From assembly GCA_963697165.1 (NCBI GenBank), contig CAVOMX010000024.1, forward strand, positions 84,767 to 148,766: DNA of 64,000 nucleotides, read 5' to 3'. The DNA comes from Candidatus Bathyarchaeota archaeon (GTDB taxonomy: Archaea; Thermoproteota; Bathyarchaeia; Bathyarchaeales; Bathyarchaeaceae). This document shows, in pieces, positions 1 through 11,493 of the stretch (within the stretch, counting starts at the first letter, position 1; every line of letters starts with the position of its first letter). Made by a program: the position numbers and the translations under genes. The notes beneath the pieces are model-generated. The model saw only the letters and a list, made by a program, of their open reading frames with translations, was not told where the DNA came from and ran no database searches.

Positions 1-170
1 GCATCCCCAAGATTATGGTATGACACACCCGCAACCTGAACTGACCCAACTTCTATGAGTTTTTCGGCGCCGTAAATGTTTCCGAGAGCAACCAGTATCT
101 CCATAGACTTTTTTACTGCATAGCCCTCTTCGCCATCTAGCATTTTCTCTTCATTTTTTGTCAGATACAT
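1..170 (-). CDS. Aconitase X / phosphomevalonate dehydratase large subunit (5' part; runs off the window)
   Basis: Manual translation from ATG at 170: [57 protein letters not shown], a typical AcnX/DUF521 N-terminus; adjacent to UbiD and mevalonate kinase genes. Confidence 0.85.
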   Translation of the reverse strand, partial: MYLTKNEEKMLDGEEGYAVKKSMEILVALGNIYGAEKLIEVGSVQVAGVSYHNLGD

Positions 171-174
171 GAGA

Positions 175-1482
175 TCACAAGAACTTGCTTAAGTCAACTT
201 TTCGGTAAGTTTCCTTTTTAAATCCTTTTCCCGTCCCTCTGAGAGGAATTGTCGCGTCCAAGCCCATCTTGCACGTTCTTGCTTTTTTGCCCTCACTCAA
301 ATCTCCAGACGGATCAAGCGAAGACCCAGGCTGGTTTGGAATGATGACCGCGGCTTTGTCTGCTTGGAATCTGGTTGCAAGTGCCCACTCAACATCGTTG
401 CTGTCGTAGATGTTTATGTCATCATCTACAACAACACAATGCTTCAACGACTTGTGACCCTCAAAAGCTGCATTAATTGCCTTCTTTCCATCGTCAGGAT
501 TTTGTTTAGTTATCTGCACTACCGCGTGGAGCCAACTGCAGCCGCCAGTGGTGATGTAAACGTCATTGCATTTGCAGACCTTGTTGACTTCGTTAAAGAT
601 GGTGGGCTCCTTAGGCATCCCCATCAATATTTTGTGTTCGTTTCTTCCTGCAAGAATTGTTTGGTAAATCGGGGTCTTTCTGTGGGTAATACATTTTATT
701 TCTATAACTGGCTGCTGTCTAACCCTGTCAACAATCCCTGTAAGATCAAGGAACGGTCCTTCTGAAACAATCTCTTTTGTTATCCGTCCCTCCAGCACGA
801 TTTCGCAGTCTCTTGGAACCTCAACATCGATTGTCTTGCATTTCACCAATTCCGTCTTTTCTAGCACATTCGCCATTCCCAGCTCGTCAACGCCCTTTGG
901 CAATGATGTGGACGCAGCGAGAAGAACAGCTGTGGAGTTGCCGATACAAATTGCTATGTCAAGTTCGCCCCCCGATTTTTTGAGGGCAGTGTCGGTTCCC
1001 CTGTCCTCTACGATTCGAGCCACAAACTTGTTTTTGCCAATCAGCATCAACCTGTGAAAACACGTGTTTCTGCCAAGCTCAGGATCTTTTACTATGGAGA
1101 TTGCGGATGGAACATATTTTCCGCCGTCCTTGTCGGTGTACCTCATTATGGGTAACTTGGTTAAGTCAACGTTTTTTTCAACGATTTCTTGGCATTCTCC
1201 CTTCTCTACAACAGTTGAAGCAACAGGGTTTTCTATGGCGCTCGACAGCTTTGGCAAAATCTGCTGTATGTTCATGTTCAAGGCTTTGGCAACTAATTCT
1301 TTGGAGGAGACCAAACCCGCAACTACGGGCATGCTGGACTCTTTTACTTTCTCAAAAAAGCAAGGTTTTTCGCCGAGAGCATCAATGATTCCCGCCAGCT
1401 CAAGCTCGGTTGAAACCTCTTTTTGTATTCTGGTTACTTTTCCTTCACGTTCAAGCTGTTCCAAAAAATTTCTAAAACCCAT
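175..1482 (-). CDS. UbiD-family decarboxylase, likely anhydromevalonate phosphate decarboxylase
   Basis: [27 protein letters not shown] and SLDPS motifs; mevalonate-pathway context; start set at MGFRNF. Confidence 0.85.
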   Translation of the reverse strand: MGFRNFLEQLEREGKVTRIQKEVSTELELAGIIDALGEKPCFFEKVKESSMPVVAGLVSSKELVAKALNMNIQQILPKLSSAIENPVASTVVEKGECQEIVEKNVDLTKLPIMRYTDKDGGKYVPSAISIVKDPELGRNTCFHRLMLIGKNKFVARIVEDRGTDTALKKSGGELDIAICIGNSTAVLLAASTSLPKGVDELGMANVLEKTELVKCKTIDVEVPRDCEIVLEGRITKEIVSEGPFLDLTGIVDRVRQQPVIEIKCITHRKTPIYQTILAGRNEHKILMGMPKEPTIFNEVNKVCKCNDVYITTGGCSWLHAVVQITKQNPDDGKKAINAAFEGHKSLKHCVVVDDDINIYDSNDVEWALATRFQADKAAVIIPNQPGSSLDPSGDLSEGKKARTCKMGLDATIPLRGTGKGFKKETYRKVDLSKFL

Positions 1483-1492
1483 TTCTTCTTCC

Positions 1493-2443
1493 TCACCTTT
1501 TCTTAACGCCAATTTTTGTTCTTAACACTTCAAAGCCTTCATTTTCTATGGCTGACGCGACCTTTTCCTGCAGCTCTTTTCCGGGAGTTAAGGCTATCAT
1601 GCAGCCTCCGCCTCCGCCGCCAGTCATTTTTGCTCCAAACGCGCCCTGCTTCTCTAGCCAAGTCAACCAAGTAATCTAGTTCTTTGCAGGAGACCTCGAT
1701 TTCCTGTAGTAAACGATGGTTTTTGTTCATTAATTCGCCAACTTTCCTCAGGTCAAAATCTTCCAGAGCCTTCTCTTCCTTTATGCGCCAGATCTTCTGC
1801 TTGCTTGAAGATTGCATCATATTTTTCGGGGTTTTGTCTTCTTTCGTTCACCAACCCCCACAACCATCGCCTTAGTGTTGGCAACTATTCCCGTGTTGCC
1901 GATCACAATTTCAACGGGTTCGACGTATGCTTAATTGTTCTATCGTGTTTGAGTCTACGCTCAAACTTTTCTTGAACCAAATCAAGCCGCCAAACGTTGC
2001 TGCGGTGTTGTCGATGCCTGAAGGGTTTCCCGCATACGCCTTCTCCGCTTCATATGCAATGTCATTAATTTTTTCGTCGGACAAATCTAAGTCAAACTCT
2101 TCTGCTATAGCTCTGGCAATCGCGACGCTGCTTGCTGCAGAAGCTCCAAGTCCACTAAATCCGGGTAGGTTTCCGCCTAACCAAATGTCTATGGCGACCG
2201 TTTTGGGGTCCATGTTCATTGCTTTTAGCATTCTTTCGATTGATTCTAGTTGTTGCAGTTTTTTCTTTTCAGCGTAGCCTTTTGCGCCTGTTCTTTCGTC
2301 CTGTTACCGTTAATGCCTTTTGCTGCTTTTTTTACTTCTGCGTCAGCTGTTGAATCAACTGCTGAAACAATTCCGGGTACACCATGAACAACGAAGTGTT
2401 CACCGAACAAAATTGTTTTTCCGAAGCCAGAACCTCTTCCCAT
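1493..2443 (-). CDS. mvk: Mevalonate kinase (split by several indels)
   Basis: GKTILFGEHFVVHG, GLGASAA, NPSGIDN and LMNKNHRLL GHMP-kinase motifs distributed across ORF fragments 2246-2464, 1911-2231 and 1539-1820. Confidence 0.88.
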
Positions 2444-2708
2444 TGGAACCAACCCAGAAGACAATGGAATAGATTAAATAAAATACTTTTAGGTCAACTG
2501 TATTTTCCTGAAATTGGTTTTGACACAACATAATAATTGGACAGTTCAGACTCGGAATTTACAAGACCCAAAAACTGGACTCTTCACGTAATACCTTTAA
2601 ATTAAAAAATTTATTCTTCCGAAATCAACTTAATTTCGAATTGAGACTATTTTGACGACATATCACTGACCTGAACAACCTTTTTATTCTCAGTGAACAA
2701 ATGATTAC

Positions 2709-3717
2709 TTGGATTTTATGTCAAACATGATCGAGGTCAAAGACCTGGTGCTGGTATATTCTAACGGCACTAAAGCGGTAGACAATATTTCATTCAACGT
2801 AAAAAAGGGTGAATTTTTCGGATTTTTGGGACCAAACGGAGCAGGAAAAAGCACAACAATAAAAGTTCTGACAACCTTACTGAAAAAAACCTCAGGTTCG
2901 GTATATGTGGCAGGTTACAACCTCGATAAAGATTCTAAAGAGATACGAAAATTGATTGGTGTTCAAAGCCAAGAAACGGTTGTTGACGGCGACCTAACTG
3001 GCAGAGAAAACCTAATGCTTCAAGGACACTTCCAACAACTTTCCGGCAAAACCCTAAAAGATCGAGTTGATGAGCTGCTTAAACTAGTAGACCTAGAAAG
3101 TTTCGCTGACAAACGCGCAAGAAACTACTCTGGTGGAATGAAGAAAAGATTAGACCTAGCAACCACTCTAGTTCACAGACCACAACTACTTTTTTTGGAT
3201 GAACCAACTACTGGACTTGATCCACAATCCCGTTCAGCTATATGGGAATTACCTTGAAAAATTGAACAAAGAAGAAAAAACCACAATATTCTTGACCACT
3301 CAATACATGGAAGAAGCCGACAGACTCTGCAGACAACTCGCAATTATCGACACCGGAAAAATAGTGGCCAGCGGTTCCCCAGCAGAATTAAAGCAACAGT
3401 TAGGAGTGGACTCAATCAAAATTATACTAAAAGACTGCACCAAAGACAAAACAAAAGCCATCGATCTTCTCAAGAGCTTGACTGGAGTAACAAATATTTC
3501 TGAATCAGGTGACTGTTTAACAGCTTTTGCAAAAAACGCCAGTCAACTAATCGCAGATATCGTTAGAGCCCTCGATAGCCTTGAGATAAGACTGTCTGGG
3601 ATAAGCTTTTCATCACCCACTCTTGACGACGTATATCTTCAAAAGACTGGAAAAAGAATAAGAACAGAAGAACTAGTAAAAACGCCAAGCACAACCTTTG
3701 GCGCAAGGAGAAGATGA
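2709..3717 (+). CDS. ABC transporter ATP-binding protein, DrrA-like (one frameshift near 3250)
   Basis: GPNGAGKST, YSGGMKKRL, LFLDEPTTGLDP; continues as FLTTQYMEEAD in the next frame. Confidence 0.9.
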
Positions 3718-4490
3718 GAAAAATGACATTATTATCTGATACAAGATATCTCTTTGTGAGATATCTAAAAAAACTTATTCGAAATCCTATACTCCTCTTC
3801 TTCTCACTAGTCCAGCCAATAATCTTCTTAGTTCTCTTCACTCAACTTTTTGAAAGATTCGCAAACGTACCAGGGTTTCCTGCAGAAAGCTACCTTATCT
3901 TTGCCACTCCAGGAATCCTACTACAAAACGCCTTCGGCAGCGCTCTACAATCCGGAAACTCAATCGTTTCCGATATGGACACTGGATACTTACAGAAAAT
4001 GTTAGTTACACCAGTTAGCCGATACGCCATACTCCTTGGAAGATTAACAAGCGACGCTTTCCGAGTGTTGATTCAATCAACTATCATACTAATTTTAGCT
4101 TTCATAATCGGTGCTACTCCAGTCACCGGAATAGCCGGTGTGCTACTCATGCTTTTAACAATCGCATTTTTCGGGCTAGCATGGTCAGGAATCTCTCTTG
4201 CCATAGGTCTAAAAACTAGAAGCTCTGAAACAGTATTTGCATTCGGCTCATTTCTCACTTTTCCACTATTATTCATGAGTACATCCTTAACGCCTCTAGA
4301 TTTTATGCCTGACTGGATTAAAACAGTTTCAATGTTCAACCCAATAAGCTACACAGTAGACGCAGTCAGAGTCCTAATGATAGACGGATTCGTATGGAAT
4401 ACCATTCTTTCAGCCTATTTTGTTATCGGACTTATTGCACTCATAACTTTAGGATCCACTTTGTACCTGTTTAGAAAAGTAGTAAGCTGA
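3714..4490 (+). CDS. ABC-2 type transporter permease
   Basis: About six hydrophobic segments; LVTPVSR and NPISYTVDAVR motifs; overlaps the ATPase stop codon. Confidence 0.9.
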   Translation: MRKMTLLSDTRYLFVRYLKKLIRNPILLFFSLVQPIIFLVLFTQLFERFANVPGFPAESYLIFATPGILLQNAFGSALQSGNSIVSDMDTGYLQKMLVTPVSRYAILLGRLTSDAFRVLIQSTIILILAFIIGATPVTGIAGVLLMLLTIAFFGLAWSGISLAIGLKTRSSETVFAFGSFLTFPLLFMSTSLTPLDFMPDWIKTVSMFNPISYTVDAVRVLMIDGFVWNTILSAYFVIGLIALITLGSTLYLFRKVVS

Positions 4491-4521
4491 TTCAAAAATT
4501 GTGAACCAAAATTCATTTAGG

Positions 4522-5377
4522 TTAACATTTTTTCGTAAATGCGATTGCTGCGTAGCCGACTACTGCGGAACGGTCACCTAGAATGTCGCCGCTTGTTTGG
4601 TAGCTTAATAACTGTGCCTTTTTGGCTCCACAGCTCTTTTGATGCTGTGATGGCAGCGATGGTGGGACCGTAACCGCAAGTGGATATCCCATAAGCTTCT
4701 ACAGTATTGTAGTATCTTTCTTCATCCATTTTAAGGGTAGCATCTATCGCCATTTTGTCCTTCTTTTCAGCTCTTTCCTGTGGCTCATAATGGGTCAAAT
4801 CAGAGGATGCGATAACCAACGCGTTCTTGCCCTTCAAGGCTGAGGAAACAGCTTTTCCCACTTCACGGCTGGACTCTAAATCTTGCATCATAAAACAGAC
4901 AGGAACAAACTTGAAGTCTGAACCATACAAATACTGAAGGAAAGGCAACTGCAACTCAATAGAATGCTCGTAAGCATGTGCGCTCTCGTCCACATCGATG
5001 ATGCTAGATGCCTGCAGAATCTTGTTGGCGGTTTCGGTGTCGATCTCCACGTCGCCTAGGGGAGTACGCCATGCACCCTCATTCATAACTGAAAGGGCGC
5101 TTCCGTGTCCAGTATGATTGGGACCAAAAATCACTATAACGTCGGGTTTTCCATCCTTCGCAAGATGATAATAGGCGTGAGCGGCTACAGGACCAGAAGC
5201 TACGTATCCTGCATGGGGAACAACAAGCCCAACAAGGCTCCGTGGGCCCTCCCTTACGACTTGGGGAAGGTTTCCGGGTCCTAGCCTGTGAATAAAAAGT
5301 TCTTCTATCTGCTTTCGTAAACTGTTGGGGGTACCAGCGTACCATGAACCTGCTACTGCTGGGTACCTGATTTTCAA
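4522..5377 (-). CDS. AmmeMemoRadiSam system protein B (MEMO1 family); frameshift near C-terminus
   Basis: RYPAVAGSWY, PHAGY, GPNHTG, EHSIELQLPFLQ, SSDLTHY, CGYGP; C-terminus YQTSGD...VVGYAAI lies in another frame. Confidence 0.92.
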
Positions 5378-6051
5378 TCCTCTTCTATTTCCCCTCTTTC
5401 CCTTGTCAGCTTTATTTCGAAGTCTTCGATAGACTGACTTAGGTCTCCGTCTGCGGGAATTTCGCCTCTCTCGCGTAGTATCTGTCTAGCTAGAAGCCAA
5501 TAGATTACTGCCAATGCGCGTCTTCCCTTGTTGTTGGTGGGTATAACCAAGTCTACAAAGGAAAAGTCATTGTCTGTGCTGCAGAGTCCTATAACTGGAA
5601 TTCCGATGTTTGCTGATTCTTTTACAGCTTGCACATCAGCTTTGGGATCAGACACTATTATCACGCTAGGTTCGAAGCGGTTTGGGTAAAGCGGGTTTGA
5701 AAGCATTCCAGGGATGAACCGTCCAACTATCGAGGTTGCTCCAATTACTTCACAGAATTTCTCTGCAGGAGACTGACCATATAGTCGTCCAGCTACAACC
5801 GCTATCTTTGAAGGTTCAAATCGGGCTAGAAACTTGGCGGCAACTCGTATGCGTTCGTCTGTTTTCTTAACATCCAAAACGAACAGACCGTCAGCTCTAA
5901 CTCTGTATATGAACTGTTCCATGTCTTTTGTTCTCATTCTTGTTCCTATATGAACCCCCGCGGACAACAGTGTATCCTGAGGTAACAGCAGCTCTTCTTC
6001 GCTGTATGTTTCCATGTTTTCTTCACTTTCGGACAAAATTTTTTCCTCCAA
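5374..6051 (-). CDS. rps2: 30S ribosomal protein uS2
   Basis: LSAGVHIGT, GRFIPG, IPTNNKGRRALA. Confidence 0.97.
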   Translation of the reverse strand: MEEKILSESEENMETYSEEELLLPQDTLLSAGVHIGTRMRTKDMEQFIYRVRADGLFVLDVKKTDERIRVAAKFLARFEPSKIAVVAGRLYGQSPAEKFCEVIGATSIVGRFIPGMLSNPLYPNRFEPSVIIVSDPKADVQAVKESANIGIPVIGLCSTDNDFSFVDLVIPTNNKGRRALAVIYWLLARQILRERGEIPADGDLSQSIEDFEIKLTRERGEIEED

Positions 6052-7296
6052 CTATAATCTTGACATTTGTGCTCTATTTCCAAGATTTTCCTCTATTCTA
6101 ATCAGCTCGTTTATTTTAGCCACTCGCTCTCCATTTAACACGCCCGTCTTGATGATCGGACAAGAGAAACCAACGGCTAAGTGAGCTATATGTGTATCAG
6201 TTGTTTCGCCAGAACGATGGGACATAACTGGAACGTATCCAGCTCTTTTCGCCAACCGCGTAGTCTCCCACGCATCTGTGAGTGTGCCAACCTGATTAAT
6301 TTTTATGATAAGAGAATTTCCAGCGCACATTTCAATTCCCTTATTTAGCCTCTCGCGGTTTGTAACAAACAAGTCGTCACCGCAGATTAGACACTTCTTA
6401 GCTTTCTTTGTAAGTTCGGCAAAGCTTTCGTAGTCGTTCTCATCGAAGGGGTCTTCAACATAAGCCAGATTATACTCTTCAATGAGATGCAACATAAACT
6501 CTAGTTGCTCGCCAGAACCTCGCTTTTTTCCTTCCATCGAATAAACATAAACATTATCTTTTTGGTTCCAGAAACTGGAAGCAGCAACATCAAGGCATGC
6601 CCTGCATTCGATGTCCAGATCTTCTGAAACTTCTTCACAGGCTTTAGCGACTATTTTCAAAGCTTCTTCATTTTCTATGTTGGGGGCCCAAGCTCCCTCG
6701 TCGCCTCTTCCACCTGTAAAGTTTTTATCAGCCTTTCTGAGCAAAGCGCCAATCTTTTGATGTACCATAATGTTGGCTTTCGCCGCCTCTGCAAAGCTGG
6801 GTGCCTTAAACGGGATAACCAGATATTCTTGGATGTCTGTTGTCTTTCCAAGAGCATGTTTTCCTCCGCCCAACACGTTTCCAAGAGGATACGGAAGCTC
6901 GTTTCCGAGGTATCCAGACAAATACTGAAACAGAGGCAAATCATAGGATGTTGCGGCTGCCTCTGCATTAGCAACGGATATTGCGAAGACAGTGTTTCCT
7001 CCAACCTTGCTGAAGTTTTCTGTTTCATCGATTTCGTGAAGAAGAGCATCAATCTCGTTTTGTTCTTCAGCCTCCATGCCTATAAGCTCAGGGACAACAA
7101 GCTCTTCCAAAGTCTTTATAGCCGCGTCAACTCCGCCTTTGGGATAGGAAACCACCTCTGCTTTGCCTTTACTAGCTCCGGCGGGAGCAGCGGCTCTTCC
7201 AAATCCATCAGTGGTTATGATGTCAACTTCAATTGTTTCCTGTCCTCTGCTATTGAAAAGTTTTCGCGCCATAACATCTTCTATGACAGATGACAT
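6052..7296 (-). CDS. eno: Enolase
   Basis: NSRGQETIEV, GDEG, GDDLFVTN, IKINQVGTLT, SHRSGET. Confidence 0.97.
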   Translation of the reverse strand: MSSVIEDVMARKLFNSRGQETIEVDIITTDGFGRAAAPAGASKGKAEVVSYPKGGVDAAIKTLEELVVPELIGMEAEEQNEIDALLHEIDETENFSKVGGNTVFAISVANAEAAATSYDLPLFQYLSGYLGNELPYPLGNVLGGGKHALGKTTDIQEYLVIPFKAPSFAEAAKANIMVHQKIGALLRKADKNFTGGRGDEGAWAPNIENEEALKIVAKACEEVSEDLDIECRACLDVAASSFWNQKDNVYVYSMEGKKRGSGEQLEFMLHLIEEYNLAYVEDPFDENDYESFAELTKKAKKCLICGDDLFVTNRERLNKGIEMCAGNSLIIKINQVGTLTDAWETTRLAKRAGYVPVMSHRSGETTDTHIAHLAVGFSCPIIKTGVLNGERVAKINELIRIEENLGNRAQMSRL

Positions 7297-7308
7297 GCTT
7301 GTTCACCG

Positions 7309-7536
7309 CTAAAATGGTTGAGGGCGGTTTGTTTTCCCTTTTTCTCCGTAAAACCTTAGGATGCTGTCAGTAATTTCTATGTGACCCAGAATCATTCGGC
7401 GGCAGCAATATCTGGTTACACCTAAACTGTCCAGAACCTTTTTTGCGTCTTCTCCAGCTTTTACCCTGCTGGTGAACTCTTCCCATTTGTCACTTACCAC
7501 TTTGCCACATGTAAAACAACGAACTGGGATGATAAT
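7309..7536 (-). CDS. rpoN: DNA-directed RNA polymerase subunit N (Rpo10)
   Basis: (M)[11 protein letters not shown]...RYCCRRM; apparent ATT start at 7536 after GGAGG. Confidence 0.93.
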   Translation of the reverse strand: MIIPVRCFTCGKVVSDKWEEFTSRVKAGEDAKKVLDSLGVTRYCCRRMILGHIEITDSILRFYGEKGKTNRPQPF

Positions 7537-7676
7537 TTCAATTCGACCTCCTATACATAACTATGACCTTCAGGTTGTTTCGAGCATTCAATTCCTACTT
7601 ATACATTTCGGCGTCAATTCATTTAGGCTAGTTGACGCCTTTGGCTACTAATATGCCCCTTATTGTTTGGGCATGC

Positions 7677-8090
7677 TTACCTGTAGCTTTTTTGATCCCT
7701 AGCCCTAGCTCCGGGTCCTCCGAACTTTTTAGGTTCGCTTCTTCTAGGATCACCGGCAATCATTGTTCGATCGTAATCTTTAAGTGTGGTACGAAGTCGG
7801 GTGCTTTTTGTCCACTTCAGTAGACCTTTAGCTATTGCCATACGCGAAGCTTCAGCCTGTCCCATGAAACCCCCTCCAGCCACAGTGACGTTGATGTCAA
7901 GTTGGTTCCAAACTTTGTCTTCTGTCAATAATAGGGGTTCTAGAATTTTGTCTCGAGCGATTTTGGGTTCAAAAATCTCTAAAGGTACGTTGTTTATTCT
8001 GACTCTTCCCTTTCCAAGTCTGACTGTAGCTCTTGCTATTGCGGTTTTCCGCTTTCCACTTATTACCATGACTTTCTTTGTTTTAGACAT
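7677..8090 (-). CDS. rps9: 30S ribosomal protein uS9
   Basis: [38 protein letters not shown]. Confidence 0.97.
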   Translation of the reverse strand: MSKTKKVMVISGKRKTAIARATVRLGKGRVRINNVPLEIFEPKIARDKILEPLLLTEDKVWNQLDINVTVAGGGFMGQAEASRMAIAKGLLKWTKSTRLRTTLKDYDRTMIAGDPRRSEPKKFGGPGARARDQKSYR

Positions 8091-8091
8091 G

Positions 8092-8535
8092 CTATTCAAC
8101 CTCTGGGGTCCATCCGCCGACTTCTTTAGCCAATTCACCCACGGTTATATAAGGTGATTTTAATTTATCTGCGCTGGCTTCAATGATTGTCTGGACTTTT
8201 TTGTCCACAAATTCCACTGGAATACCTAGATGCACTCTAAGTCTCTTGTAAGCCAACTTACCTTTCGGTTTCTGCCGAGGAAGCATACCCCGAACCGTTC
8301 TACTAACAATTCTGTCAGGTCTTCTAGGATGATAAGGTCCCTTTCTTGGATGACCAACCTCGAGGAACGTTTTAGCTTCATCAACTATTTGCTTCCTCTT
8401 GCCTGAAATGGCTGCTTTTTCAGCATTTAAAATGATTACTGTCTCGCCTAGGAGAAGACGTTTGGCTACATTACTCGCCAATCGTCCAAGAATTAACCCC
8501 TTGGCGTCTATAATTGTGGTGTTATTAGAAGACAT
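8092..8535 (-). CDS. rpl13: 50S ribosomal protein uL13
   Basis: [29 protein letters not shown]. Confidence 0.97.
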   Translation of the reverse strand: MSSNNTTIIDAKGLILGRLASNVAKRLLLGETVIILNAEKAAISGKRKQIVDEAKTFLEVGHPRKGPYHPRRPDRIVSRTVRGMLPRQKPKGKLAYKRLRVHLGIPVEFVDKKVQTIIEASADKLKSPYITVGELAKEVGGWTPEVE

Positions 8536-8541
8536 CCCAGT

Positions 8542-8905
8542 TTACCCCATAAGTTTCACGTTTTTGCCTGTTGGGTTCTTTTTCATCAAGTCTCTGATAG
8601 ATAAACAGTTTCCCTTACCCTTCAGAATCTTTGATTTCGCCATATCAGAAAAGGCGAATGCTGCTACTGTCAAGGGATGATCTGCTTTTCCGGCGCCTAG
8701 AACTTTGCCCGGAACAACTACTGTTTCTCCCTCTTTCGTGTGTCGGTTCAAACGGCTTACGTTTACGGCTACACGGCTTCTTTTTGAACTTGCCAAACGT
8801 TCTGCTAAATTGCGCCATAATTCAGTTTGGCTTTCTTGTGATTTTTTCTTCAAATCTCGAATGAGCGACAATAAGCTCCGGATTAGTTGCCTTTATTTTC
8901 TTCAC
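8542..8905 (-). CDS. rpl18e: 50S ribosomal protein eL18 (frameshift near N-terminus)
   Basis: VNVSRLNR, VVPGKVLG; N-terminus MKKIKATNPEL from GTG at 8905 is in another frame. Confidence 0.93.
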
Positions 8906-8907
8906 TT

Positions 8908-9723
8908 CTACTTACCCTTTTTCAGTTGATCGGAAAAATCCTTGACTTTTTTGTCAAAGATTTTGATAGCTTCAAAAACAATTCGTTCTACTGGAAGTGC
9001 TCCAGTAGACTCGATTTTAAAGATAAACGCTTTCTTGTCCCAAGATATTTCGACTGCTGGCTGATCTTGGGGGCAAGCGTCTGTACAGTCCATACAGAGT
9101 GTGCACTCAATTTCTTTCTGAGTTTTTATCCCTTCATCCGTGTCGATGAGACACTCTTCGGGACAGACTTTAACGCATTTGCCGCATGCATCACAGAGTT
9201 TAGAGTCTACCTTGATTTCTGGGAGATACATGTAAGTGCACATGGAGACTGGCTGCCATTTCGCGTGTTTCTTTCCTTTTCCCAGTCGAGCATATGCTTC
9301 CAATTTTATTCGCTGATCAGGAGCCAGTTTTGCTATCGGAATCTTGTCGCTGACTGGGACTATGTCGGGGTTCTCTGGTTTCATATCTCCTGAATAAACT
9401 GTCATCGTTTTGTCTTCGGCTTCTGCTTCCAGTGTCAGATTTGATCGACAAATACTGCATCCGAACTCGCTTTCGCATTTACAGTCTTCAGGAAGGCTGT
9501 AAGAATCCAGGTCTGTTTTGAGTGGAATTAATCCCATCCGGTGTGCGAGAATCTCGTCGTGAAGAATTGAAGAGTTTTCGAGGATAACAATTTCGTCTAT
9601 AGCCATTGTGGGTACTTCGGTGAGCATAATTCGTCGTAACGCATTTACAAAAGGCGTATCGACTCCGCTAACAATGAATCGCATAAATTCATCGCTTTTT
9701 TCAAGTATCTGAATATCTACCAC
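8908..9723 (-). CDS. rpoD: DNA-directed RNA polymerase subunit D (Rpo3) with ferredoxin-like Fe-S domain
   Basis: NALRRIML, DEILAHRMGLIPL, HAKWQP, CxxCxxC motifs. Confidence 0.97.
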   Translation of the reverse strand: MVDIQILEKSDEFMRFIVSGVDTPFVNALRRIMLTEVPTMAIDEIVILENSSILHDEILAHRMGLIPLKTDLDSYSLPEDCKCESEFGCSICRSNLTLEAEAEDKTMTVYSGDMKPENPDIVPVSDKIPIAKLAPDQRIKLEAYARLGKGKKHAKWQPVSMCTYMYLPEIKVDSKLCDACGKCVKVCPEECLIDTDEGIKTQKEIECTLCMDCTDACPQDQPAVEISWDKKAFIFKIESTGALPVERIVFEAIKIFDKKVKDFSDQLKKGK

Positions 9724-9878
9724 ATTTAAGCCTCTTTGTAATAGTGCGTTTAAATCTCGTGCTTTTCAAAGAGAGCGAAAGGGCTTATTTCAATATTTTG
9801 GTTGTTAGGGAAAGCCGATTGATTATTTTCTTCGGCTTTTTTCCTCTGTTTCACACAATTAGTAATAAAAAAAGAAAA

Positions 9879-10274
9879 TTAGACTCTGCGTCCTCTGCGT
9901 CCGCCCTTTCTTCGGGTTCCATCGTGAGGTATAGGCGTTACCTCTTCGATTCGACCTACACGGAATCCAGCCCTTGCCAAGGCACGTATAGCCGCTTGGG
10001 CTCCTGCTCCGGGCGTTCTTGCGCCTGAGCCTCCTGGAGCTCGAACTTTTATGTGTATTGCTGTAATTCCTTTGTCTTTAGCGACTGTGGCTGTGTGTGC
10101 AGCAGCTCGCATGGTAGCGTACGCGGATGATTCTAGACGATCTGATTTAACGTGCATTCCACCTGAGGATCTTGCAATGGTTTCTGCACCTGAGATGTCT
10201 GTAAAATGTATTATTGTATTGTTGTATGAGCTGTAAACGTGAACAACTGCCCATTTGTCGGTTTTTTTACTCAC
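9879..10274 (-). CDS. rps11: 30S ribosomal protein uS11
   Basis: [28 protein letters not shown]. Confidence 0.97.
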   Translation of the reverse strand: MSKKTDKWAVVHVYSSYNNTIIHFTDISGAETIARSSGGMHVKSDRLESSAYATMRAAAHTATVAKDKGITAIHIKVRAPGGSGARTPGAGAQAAIRALARAGFRVGRIEEVTPIPHDGTRRKGGRRGRRV

Positions 10275-10834
10275 GTCTATTTTCCTCCTTGCGCTGTGAT
10301 AGTGGCTCTGCTGGAATGTTTACGGCTTTTGCTAAGGGATGATCAGGATCTGTTAGAGGGCTTTTGGCAGCTATAGGCTATCTTTTCCTCTTCGTCTTTG
10401 AGTACCAAATAGCTTGGAGATGAGACTCTTCGTCCATCAACGGCGATGTGCCCATGGGTAATAAGTTGGCGAGATTGCTGTATAGATTGGGACAAGCCCC
10501 TATGGAAAACAAGTGTTTGAAGCCTGCGTTCCAGTATGTCTTCTAATGTCAGATCCAAAACGGCGTCCAGTGCAGATTCGTCAGGTAGGATTCCTAGCCT
10601 GTTAAGCCTGTTTAGAAGCTGCTTTTCCTGTTCGCTTCGTTCTTCAACAGAGCTAGCCAAAAGTGAACGTCCGATGCCACGGTACTTTGAAACCAAAGTT
10701 TTGGAGCGCCATATTTCTCGTTTATTTCGTAAACCGTAATGACCAAGAGTTTTAAGTTCGGCTTCCAGTGTGTCTATTTGCCAAGGGAACCGTGGTGTAT
10801 CAAACTTTTTTCTTTGCCTTTTTGGATCGCCCAT
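10267..10834 (-). CDS. rps4: 30S ribosomal protein uS4 (frameshift near C-terminus)
   Basis: [37 protein letters not shown]. Confidence 0.95.
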
Positions 10835-10837
10835 CTA

Positions 10838-11299
10838 TTATTTCCCTCGCTGTACCTGTTTCTTCTTTACGCCTATCGCTTTTCCTTTTCTGCCCGTTGT
10901 TTTAGTTCTTTGCCCTCGGACCTTTAATCCATAGCTGTGACGGAAGCCTTTCCATGATCGCATCTTCTTCATTTGTTCTATGTCATTCTTTGTTTGAACA
11001 ATCAGGTCTGTGCCTAAAACGTGAATGTCTTTTCCTGTTTCCAAATCTTTTCGTCGATTTAGAAGCCATGCGGGTATACCATACGCCGCGGGGTTTGTGA
11101 TGACATCTTCGATTTTTTCTACATCAGCGTTAGAAAGGAAACCCATTCTTGTTTCTGGATCGATTCCAGATTTCTCTACGACTGCGTTTGCTATTTCTAT
11201 TCCTATGCCCTTTACGCTTGTCAGGGCGTAAGTTACCGGCTGAGTTCCTTTAATATCGGCTCCGGCAAACCTTATGATGTGCTGAAATTCTCTAGACAT
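10838..11299 (-). CDS. rps13: 30S ribosomal protein uS13
   Basis: ALTSVKGIG, WLLNRRKD, GLKVRGQRTKTTGR. Confidence 0.97.
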   Translation of the reverse strand: MSREFQHIIRFAGADIKGTQPVTYALTSVKGIGIEIANAVVEKSGIDPETRMGFLSNADVEKIEDVITNPAAYGIPAWLLNRRKDLETGKDIHVLGTDLIVQTKNDIEQMKKMRSWKGFRHSYGLKVRGQRTKTTGRKGKAIGVKKKQVQRGK

Positions 11300-11493
11300 C
11301 TTGAATATTCCCGTCTCTTTTAGGCTATCTACGGAAGTAAGTTGCAGTTTATTTAAAGTTTCCTTTATGTCTATCGTTTCTTTTCAATAGACAATAGATA
11401 ACTCAAATGTATCGGCAGTCCTATTAAGGTTATAACTAGCGTTTTGCGATAAGTTTTTCTGCGCTAACTTTCGCTTTCTAATGGGGCTAAACT

